This document shows positions 9,200 through 14,870 of a DNA stretch of 64,000 nt, in pieces. Within the stretch, counting starts at the first letter, position 1. The number at the start of each line of letters is the position of its first letter. The notes beneath the pieces were generated by a model that did not search any database, was not told the origin of the DNA, and saw only the letters and a program-made list of their open reading frames with translations. The translations under genes and the position numbers were made by a program. Origin of the DNA: a virus; the IMG/VR virus record IMGVR_UViG_3300035670_000027. One strand, 5' to 3'.

Positions 9200-9276
9200 T
9201 GGTACGGATGGCGGGACTCGAACCCGCAGGACTCAGATTTTAAGTCTGATATGTATACCGATTCCATCACATCCGC
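9200..9276 (-). tRNA. tRNA-Leu(TAA), short variable arm
   Basis: Cloverleaf; loop CTTAAAA; encoded CCA. Confidence 0.9.
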
Positions 9277-9284
9277 AAAATTAC

Positions 9285-9313
9285 ATTATACTAAAATTTG
9301 CTCTGAATGTCAA
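9285..9313 (-). promoter_or_regulatory. consensus sigma70 promoter
   Basis: TTGACA-17-TATAAT. Confidence 0.8.
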
Positions 9314-9440
9314 TGAACCAGTCGCAAGAGGTGGAAAAAGTTTTCATGGTATAACAACCTAGAAAGTCTCCTGTGTATATAAGCAATGCCGTGAAAATCA
9401 TCATGGCAAATATGATTGCCCAATCTTTTATTTTTTTCAT
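9291..9440 (-). CDS. 49-aa TM peptide
   Basis: Hand-translated MKKIKDWAIIFAMM...; AAGGA SD. Confidence 0.55.
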   Translation of the reverse strand: MKKIKDWAIIFAMMIFTALLIYTGDFLGCYTMKTFSTSCDWFIDIQSKF

Positions 9441-9453
9441 ATCACTATCCTTA

Positions 9454-9540
9454 TGGCGGAGAGTATAGGATTCGAACCTATGCGCCTCTTTCGAAACGAC
9501 GGATTAGCAATCCGCTACATTACCACTCTGTCAACTCTCC
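9454..9540 (-). tRNA. tRNA-Ser(GCT)
   Basis: Cloverleaf with long variable arm; CCA. Confidence 0.95.
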
Positions 9541-9545
9541 ATGAT

Positions 9546-9619
9546 TGGAGCGGCTAGCGAGAATCGAACTCGCATCCGAACCTTGGCAAGGTCCCGTTCT
9601 ACCATTTAACTATAGCCGC
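9546..9619 (-). tRNA. tRNA-Gly(GCC)
   Basis: Cloverleaf; CCA. Confidence 0.95.
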
Positions 9620-9624
9620 ATGTT

Positions 9625-9714
9625 TGGCGGAAGCGGTGAGATTCGAACTCACGGTGCCTTTCGACACGACAGTTTTCAAGACTGTTGCAATAAACCGGGC
9701 TCTGCCACGCTTCC
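9625..9714 (-). tRNA. tRNA-Ser(TGA)
   Basis: Cloverleaf with long variable arm; CCA. Confidence 0.95.
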
Positions 9715-9719
9715 TTATT

Positions 9720-9796
9720 TGGTGCCTCAGGCGGGAGTCGAACCCGCAAAATCCAGTTTCTAAGACTGACATGTATACCAATTCCATCACCGAGGC
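9720..9796 (-). tRNA. tRNA-Leu(TAG), short variable arm
   Basis: Loop CTTAGAA; CCA. Confidence 0.9.
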
Positions 9797-9797
9797 T

Positions 9798-9872
9798 TGG
9801 TGCCGAATGGTGGGTTCGAACCACCGACTTACGCCTTATCAAGACGCCACTCTACCGCTGAGTTAATCCGGC
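9798..9872 (-). tRNA. tRNA-Ile(GAT)
   Basis: Cloverleaf; CCA. Confidence 0.95.
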
Positions 9873-9944
9873 AAAACTTTATTGTACATTACCACGAATC
9901 CACTTCCAGTATTCTTCTGCTGACATGTGATTCTCCTTTATGTA

Positions 9945-10020
9945 TGGTGCCACCTGTTGGAATCGAACCAACTTCCTCGGCTCTTCAGACCGGTGCAATG
10001 ACCACACTTGCTCAAGTGGC
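9945..10020 (-). tRNA. tRNA-Phe(GAA)
   Basis: Loop CTGAAGA; CCA. Confidence 0.9.
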
Positions 10021-10022
10021 TT

Positions 10023-10098
10023 TGGTGCGCCTAGTAGGATTCGAACCTACGATCCATCGATTATGAGTCGATTGCCTTGACCGCTTGGCTATGGGCGC
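10023..10098 (-). tRNA. tRNA-CAT (probably Ile2)
   Basis: Loop CTCATAA in a CGA/TCG stem, like bacterial Ile2; identity inferred. Confidence 0.85.
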
Positions 10099-10099
10099 A

Positions 10100-10174
10100 T
10101 GGTACCCGGTGACGGGATTGAACCGCCGACATTCGCCTTGTAAGGGCGCTACTCTACCGCTGAGTTAACCGGGC
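10100..10174 (-). tRNA. tRNA-Val(TAC)
   Basis: Cloverleaf; CCA. Confidence 0.95.
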
Positions 10175-10178
10175 AAAA

Positions 10179-10254
10179 TGGGGTAACCTATGAGGATCGA
10201 ACTCATACTATCTCGGTCACAACGAGAGGTGCAGACCACTACACTAAGGTCACC
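10179..10254 (-). tRNA. tRNA-His(GTG)
   Basis: G-1:C73 pair; CCA. Confidence 0.95.
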
Positions 10255-10259
10255 ATTGT

Positions 10260-10336
10260 TGGCTACGGCGGAGGGATTCGAACCCCCAACATACAGTTTT
10301 GGAGACTGTCGTTCTGCCAGTTGGAACTACGCCGTA
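10260..10336 (-). tRNA. tRNA-Trp(CCA)
   Basis: Cloverleaf; CCA end. Confidence 0.95.
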
Positions 10337-10343
10337 TCGTTTT

Positions 10344-10418
10344 TGGCTGGGGCACAAGGATTCGAACCTCGGAATGCCGGAATCAAAATCCGGTGCCTTA
10401 CCGCTTGGCGATACCCCA
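10344..10418 (-). tRNA. tRNA-Gln(TTG)
   Basis: Cloverleaf; CCA. Confidence 0.95.
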
Positions 10419-10421
10419 ATG

Positions 10422-10892
10422 TTATGCGGCTACTGCGTACTTGAATCTGTCTGCCGCATGTGTCGCCGCCCATGCATGTGGCTTCACTAAAGGAATCACA
10501 TTGCATGTACCACGAATGTAGCCTATTGCTTCGTTGATCACACATGAAGAACCATGCATTTCATTTGGATTGATATCTAAATGAACTTCAACATGACGCC
10601 CTTCTAGTACATCTGCAAGTTTCAAATACATTTCACTTGCTTTGTACACTTCATTCATTAGTCTGAATCTTGGTCGATCAATCTTTTGGTCGTAATCTCT
10701 TTCACGATCTACTTGACCAAAGAGTTTGCATCCATTGTTGCCGTTGATATGCACTACGATTGCAGTAATGTAATCAGCATACCACACTTCACCTAAGCGG
10801 AATCGTTCTGAATCGCAACCTAGGTAAATCTTTGTTTCTGCCGACTGTCTTGCAATGTATTCTCTTACTTCTTCTAGGTTCAATTTTCTCAC
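10422..10892 (-). CDS. RNase H-like protein (DUF458-type)
   Basis: IYLGCDS, RLMNEV, VHLDIN and AATHAAD motifs. Confidence 0.75.
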   Translation of the reverse strand: MRKLNLEEVREYIARQSAETKIYLGCDSERFRLGEVWYADYITAIVVHINGNNGCKLFGQVDRERDYDQKIDRPRFRLMNEVYKASEMYLKLADVLEGRHVEVHLDINPNEMHGSSCVINEAIGYIRGTCNVIPLVKPHAWAATHAADRFKYAVAA

Positions 10893-10916
10893 GATCCACT
10901 CCTTTCGTATATTTAA

Positions 10917-10992
10917 TGGAGCGGGTAGTGGGTATCGAACCCATCTACTTCAGTTTGGAAGACTGACATGTATCCATAAACACCTTACCCGC
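10917..10992 (-). tRNA. tRNA-Gly(TCC)
   Basis: Cloverleaf; CCA. Confidence 0.95.
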
Positions 10993-11404
10993 AATACTCT
11001 ATAAACTCTTCGTACATTTTGTCGCCAAGTTTGTTGGCTTCGATTTCCCATGGATGATCTTCATAAGGTACAACATCCGAGTTGACCTTGCGTGACTTCC
11101 ATTTGGTTAATTCTTCGTTGATTTCATTTCTGACAAACTGACGAACATGAACCATCTCATGCGCCATTGTTTGAATTTGAGTGTTTTGATCATCTTCTTT
11201 GGCAATTTCCATGATGAAATAGCGTGGTTCTCCGACCACATTATAGTCATCGACATATACTGCCCCATAATCACTACTGTTTGATACAAACTTCACACGG
11301 ATATGCAAATTGGCAATCATCTGTGGAGAGAACAATCTCTCGGCAAAAAAATTCAAAGCCTTTTTCTGTTTCGATTTTATTCGTGAACCATAGAGATTTA
11401 GCAT
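10985..11404 (-). CDS. putative zinc metallopeptidase
   Basis: AHEMVH (HExxH) and PWEIEA motifs. Confidence 0.8.
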   Translation of the reverse strand: MLNLYGSRIKSKQKKALNFFAERLFSPQMIANLHIRVKFVSNSSDYGAVYVDDYNVVGEPRYFIMEIAKEDDQNTQIQTMAHEMVHVRQFVRNEINEELTKWKSRKVNSDVVPYEDHPWEIEANKLGDKMYEEFIEYCG

Positions 11405-11446
11405 ATCAACCTCCTTTCATCACATATTTATCCATTACAATATTTC

Positions 11447-11523
11447 TGGTCGGAGATGCAGGATTCGAACCTGCGACCCTCTGCTCCCAAAGCAGATGCG
11501 CTACCAGACTGCGCTAATCTCCG
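11447..11523 (-). tRNA. tRNA-Pro(TGG)
   Basis: Cloverleaf; CCA. Confidence 0.95.
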
Positions 11524-11527
11524 AAAT

Positions 11528-11601
11528 TGGTGCCCTTGGTCTGAATCGAACAGACAGTCACGGATTACAAAACCGTTGGTTTACCACTAACCGACAAGGG
11601 C
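11528..11601 (-). tRNA. tRNA-Thr(TGT)
   Basis: Cloverleaf; CCA. Confidence 0.9.
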
Positions 11602-12531
11602 AATGTTACTCATTTGCTTTTCGACCATCTCAACATACTGGTCTTTTACTTTCTCGCCATTGTTCTTGTATAAGTCACAAGCACAATAGGCACAATTCTT
11701 ACCGACAACCAAATAATTCAGTACAATGTGTTTATAATTCTGATTCATGCTTTCGTACTTAAAAAACTCAGTTACATCAACACCGTTCTTCCAAAGCAAA
11801 TCAATTGAATTGAACACTAACGACCTTTGGTCGAAATGCTTCAAACCGTTCACTTGCAAAAACTCCATGTACTTTTCAGGATTCAATCGTATCAGACTAT
11901 ACAGTATGCTATAAACTGTTCCTAATTTATGCGACAACTCTCTTGAAATAAACAAGTCTGCAACATCGCTAACTAAACCATATTTTGATACATCGTTAAT
12001 TGCACCTTTGTCCCAAAGAAAGTTCCAGTCATTTCGAATCATGTAGTCTAGCAAGTCTCTAAGTCTACTAGGTTCTCCATCATTTGTCAAGTATGAATAC
12101 CTACCACATTTGTAATCTAGCATGTAATACGACTGAGCATTTTCCTCATCATATAACACATAGTCTAGCACATCTACCGATGAAAACTCAAAGATGGTAG
12201 AGTTTAAAACAATTGTTCCTTCTTTGACACCACATGTGCCAATGAAGTCTGGAAAGAATGGCTGATACTTCTCTTGAAAAATGCCAGTCTTACCTTTGAA
12301 ACATTTTTTTGCTACTTGATATCCTAAATAAAAGATATCAGTCTTTTCTAAAATCTCATATCTGAGATCATCGAATTCTAGCATTGTGTGATAACGATAT
12401 GGAACACCAACGCCTTTGTAGTAACACTTGTTACCTTTTGAAACTCTGCCATTAATGTGTTGAATATCATCATCAATACTCAACTCATTTATCTGCACAC
12501 CTAACGAATCATAAATCGGAACTATAGTCAT
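11587..12531 (-). CDS. hypothetical protein inside the tRNA array
   Basis: 314-aa ORF with SD; CAYCAC motif. Confidence 0.8.
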   Translation of the reverse strand: MTIVPIYDSLGVQINELSIDDDIQHINGRVSKGNKCYYKGVGVPYRYHTMLEFDDLRYEILEKTDIFYLGYQVAKKCFKGKTGIFQEKYQPFFPDFIGTCGVKEGTIVLNSTIFEFSSVDVLDYVLYDEENAQSYYMLDYKCGRYSYLTNDGEPSRLRDLLDYMIRNDWNFLWDKGAINDVSKYGLVSDVADLFISRELSHKLGTVYSILYSLIRLNPEKYMEFLQVNGLKHFDQRSLVFNSIDLLWKNGVDVTEFFKYESMNQNYKHIVLNYLVVGKNCAYCACDLYKNNGEKVKDQYVEMVEKQMSNIALVG

Positions 12532-12543
12532 ATGTTATCCTTT

Positions 12544-12618
12544 TGGTGGTGATGGCAGGAGTCGAGCCTGCAACCTCTGCCGTATGAAGGCATTGCACTA
12601 CCATTGTGCTACATCACC
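12544..12618 (-). tRNA. tRNA-Met(CAT), probably elongator
   Basis: Cloverleaf; CCA. Confidence 0.85.
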
Positions 12619-12625
12619 TATACTT

Positions 12626-12809
12626 AGCCATTAGTGAGAGTACTGCCATATCCGTTTAATGCCTTTAGATAAAACGGCATCTCTTACCTTAGTAACCATC
12701 TATCGAGGCTGACTAATTCCTCATCTAGGCGATGGCGGTAGAGAGCGGTATTCCCTCGGCAGTCAGGTCGCTAGTCAAGCACCTCGCTTTCGGACTCTCA
12801 CTAATGGCT
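12626..12809 (-). ncRNA. ~180-nt structured RNA closed by a 16-bp stem
   Basis: Perfect inverted repeat AGCCATTAGTGAGAGT at 12626-12641 / 12794-12809; nested internal stems. Confidence 0.7.
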
Positions 12810-12879
12810 CCAGAGGTAGGGATCGAACCTACGACACACGGATTAACAGTCCGCTGATCTACCGCTGATCTACTCTGGA
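12805..12879 (-). tRNA. tRNA-Asn(GTT)
   Basis: Cloverleaf; CCA. Confidence 0.95.
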
Positions 12880-12880
12880 A

Positions 12881-13112
12881 CAGGTGCTTCCTCTCTGCGG
12901 CGGTAATTATAGTCTATGTGGTCTTTGCTTTCGCTATACATAAACCTTCCACCCGCTCCTCGACCAGAGAGGATTGTCGCATTGCCAGCGCCGGTTCGGT
13001 TTGACCTGCCCTTGTGAGGCAATCTCATTTTCCATGAGATGGAACCACCCATGAGTAACGAACTCATTTCTCCTTCCTGCGGGTCACAGTAGCCAAGCGT
13101 TACCTCGGCGGG
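12881..13112 (-). ncRNA. ~230-nt multi-hairpin RNA, possibly manA-motif-like
   Basis: GC-rich, at least six stems and a candidate pseudoknot; family assignment from memory of size and context only. Confidence 0.65.
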
Positions 13113-13114
13113 GT

Positions 13115-13191
13115 CGGTAGCAGAGGCAGGATTCGAACCTGCGATTCTCGGCTTATGAGACCAAGCGGATAGACCTCTTCCATACTCTGCG
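13115..13191 (-). tRNA. tRNA-fMet-like (CAT), genomic end CCG rather than CCA
   Basis: C1:U72 mismatch; loop CTCATAA. Confidence 0.8.
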
Positions 13192-13196
13192 AAACT

Positions 13197-13271
13197 TGGC
13201 GGTCTCAACGGGAATCGAACCCGTCCCTGCGCCGTGACAGGGCGCTATACTAACCGATATACTATGAGACC
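13197..13271 (-). tRNA. tRNA-Asp(GTC)
   Basis: Cloverleaf; CCA. Confidence 0.95.
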
Positions 13272-13281
13272 AATATTTAGT

Positions 13282-13310
13282 ATTGTACAACAAAAAACTT
13301 GATTTGTCAA
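13282..13310 (-). promoter_or_regulatory. internal sigma70 promoter in the tRNA array
   Basis: TTGACA-17-TACAAT. Confidence 0.75.
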
Positions 13311-13311
13311 G

Positions 13312-13385
13312 TGGTAGGGGCACGGAGAATCGAACTCCGGTTAATAGGTTAAAAGCCTACTACTTTGCCACTAAGTTATACCCCC
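13312..13385 (-). tRNA. tRNA-Lys(TTT)
   Basis: Cloverleaf; CCA. Confidence 0.95.
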
Positions 13386-13393
13386 ACAAAATC

Positions 13394-13468
13394 TGGCACC
13401 ACCTGAAGGAATCAAACCCTCAACTCAAGGTCCGTAGCCTAGCGTGATATTCATTTCACTAAGGTGGT
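13394..13468 (-). tRNA. tRNA-Arg(ACG)
   Basis: Cloverleaf; CCA. Confidence 0.9.
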
Positions 13469-13475
13469 ATAAAAC

Positions 13476-13553
13476 TGGAGTGAGGAGTGGGATTCGAACC
13501 CACGATACAAGAGTTTTGCAGGCTCCGCCATTTGACCGCTCTGGCATCCTCAC
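13476..13553 (-). tRNA. tRNA-Cys(GCA)
   Basis: Cloverleaf; U73; CCA. Confidence 0.95.
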
Positions 13554-13558
13554 ATGAA

Positions 13559-13634
13559 TGGTGGAGAGTATCGGGTTCGAACCGATGACCTCCTGCTTGC
13601 AAAGCAGGCATTCTCCCAACTGAACTAACTCCCC
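13559..13634 (-). tRNA. tRNA-Ala(TGC)
   Basis: G3:U70 pair; CCA. Confidence 0.95.
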
Positions 13635-13740
13635 ATATTGAAGCACACCGACAGTATCGAAACTGCCCACACCGCCGAAAGACGATGCTAGGTCCACTCC
13701 CAAGGCCGGCGCCGTCTAGCCTTAGTGTGCTTCAATATGG
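13633..13740 (-). ncRNA. ~108-nt tRNA-like RNA with a 16-bp terminal stem and no anticodon arm
   Basis: CCATATTGAAGCACAC inverted repeat; D-like, V-like and TTCGAT T-like hairpins. Confidence 0.7.
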
Positions 13741-13825
13741 TGGGTGGTGATGGTAACGCTCCACGAGGCAACTTCCGATCTTATTATGCCGACGGTTTTA
13801 CAGACCGCTGACCGGGGCACCACCC
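13738..13825 (-). tRNA. aberrant D-armless tRNA-Tyr(GTA)
   Basis: 8-bp acceptor, GCGGT-CTGTAAA-ACCGT anticodon arm, long variable arm, 4-bp T stem, A73-CCA. Confidence 0.75.
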
Positions 13826-13833
13826 ATAAACTT

Positions 13834-13970
13834 CCATTTGAAATGCTGACTGCACTATTTGCTATACCTCATATGCTTTATCTAGAATTACATCTTATCG
13901 GTATAGTTACTCAGGCGTTGCACCGCCCATGGCTTACAATCAGCATATCAAATGGTGCCCACCGGGCACC
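13834..13970 (-). ncRNA. ~120-nt three-way-junction RNA preceded by a mini-hairpin ending CCA
   Basis: CCATTTGAwATGCTGA inverted repeat extended to about 20 bp; two internal stems. Confidence 0.65.
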
Positions 13971-13977
13971 GAAACTT

Positions 13978-14154
13978 TTACAATTTATCAGCAATCTCAA
14001 CTTCGAAACACAATCGATTCGAAATTGTTCTTGCCACTTGAATCCAAAACAAACTTCTTTCAGATTCTAATTTATCGAAAACAAACTTTACGATTTTGAC
14101 ATTATCAAAGTCGCACTCTTTTTGAATCAACTCAACAGTCTTATCAACTTTCAT
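13978..14154 (-). CDS. small hypothetical protein
   Basis: Start MKVDKTV with GAGGA SD. Confidence 0.6.
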   Translation of the reverse strand: MKVDKTVELIQKECDFDNVKIVKFVFDKLESERSLFWIQVARTISNRLCFEVEIADKL

Positions 14155-14175
14155 TTGTTTCCTCTCAAAATTAAG

Positions 14176-14250
14176 TGGTACACCGTAGGGGAATCGAACC
14201 CCTCTTACCGCCGTGAAAGGGCGGTGTCCTAACCGATAGACGAACGGTGC
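14176..14250 (-). tRNA. tRNA-Glu(TTC)
   Basis: Cloverleaf; CCA. Confidence 0.95.
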
Positions 14251-14251
14251 A

Positions 14252-14327
14252 TGGCCTGCCCGGCAGGAATCGAACCTGCGACCCATTGCTTAGAAGGCAA
14301 TTGTTCTATCCTCTGAACTACGGGCAG
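14252..14327 (-). tRNA. tRNA-Arg(TCT)
   Basis: Cloverleaf; CCA. Confidence 0.95.
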
Positions 14328-14342
14328 AAAAGACTTTCCAGA

Positions 14343-14355
14343 TTGTTAAAGAGCG
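14343..14355 (-). promoter_or_regulatory. rrn-type boxA antitermination element
   Basis: CGCTCTTTAACAA between the promoter and the first tRNA. Confidence 0.75.
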
Positions 14356-14376
14356 ATTTCTCAACCAACAAAAGAG

Positions 14377-14430
14377 AGTATACTCTACATCTCATCGGTT
14401 GTCAACACCTAGTGTTGTTTTCCTACGACA
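14377..14430 (-). promoter_or_regulatory. sigma70 promoter of the tRNA array with TGTTG-N8-CGACA box
   Basis: TTGACA-17-TATACT; box at 14413-14430. Confidence 0.8.
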
Positions 14431-14433
14431 CAC

Positions 14434-14469
14434 AAACAAAAACCCCCAACTTTTTTAGGGTTGGGGGTC
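14434..14469 (-). terminator. intrinsic terminator (attenuator)
   Basis: GACCCCCAAC-loop9-GTTGGGGGTT followed by TTTGTTT. Confidence 0.85.
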
Positions 14470-14495
14470 TTTGGTATTAGTGAGTACTTACTAAC

Positions 14496-14609
14496 TTATC
14501 CATTGACCCCCATTCGATCCTCATTGCATAGAATGGCAGGTGTGCGTGACCATGCAAATGGCATTGCACTCTTTCCTGTTCTATACTGGAGGTGGGTTAT
14601 GGATAACAT
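14496..14609 (-). CDS. 37-aa leader peptide containing all 20 amino acids
   Basis: MLSITHLQYRTGKSAMPFAWSRTPAILCNEDRMGVNG; AAGGAAG SD; 3' codons complementary to the terminator arm. Confidence 0.75.
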   Translation of the reverse strand: MLSITHLQYRTGKSAMPFAWSRTPAILCNEDRMGVNG

Positions 14610-14663
14610 TGAAAATACTTCCTTTTGAAAAAATTTATTTATCATCTTCTATATATGCAAACT

Positions 14664-14870
14664 TCACTCTGAATTCTTCATTTTGATATAATTTTTGTTT
14701 AAAAATCCTAACAAAAATAGTGCCGCTAACCATTCAAAGAATCCAAATGCAATTGTAAGACCAAACAATGTATTAAGTGACCAGATAAAAATAAATGGTG
14801 CTACAAGAATTGCTATGATTGCTACGATTAAAAGGGTGATTAAAACACCGCCGCCTAAATTTTCTTTCAT
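14664..14870 (-). CDS. small membrane protein
   Basis: Two TM segments. Confidence 0.7.
   Translation of the reverse strand: MKENLGGGVLITLLIVAIIAILVAPFIFIWSLNTLFGLTIAFGFFEWLAALFLLGFLNKNYIKMKNSE

Noticed and set aside
13834-13955. Hammerhead or twister-type ribozyme
   Set aside because: CTGAGTA...CAAA deviates from the CUGANGA...GAAA core at essential positions, and I could not build the twister pseudoknots.
9200-14327. Suppressor tRNAs or stop-codon recoding
   Set aside because: TAA, TAG and TGA here are anticodons (Leu, Leu, Ser). No CTA, TTA or TCA anticodon is present, and core genes are intact in the standard code.
9545-14480. ORF-track entries overlapping tRNAs and ncRNAs (e.g. 12870-13208, 13425-13703, 13744-14070)
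   Set aside because: Chance frames through RNA genes, with no SD or recognisable protein motifs.
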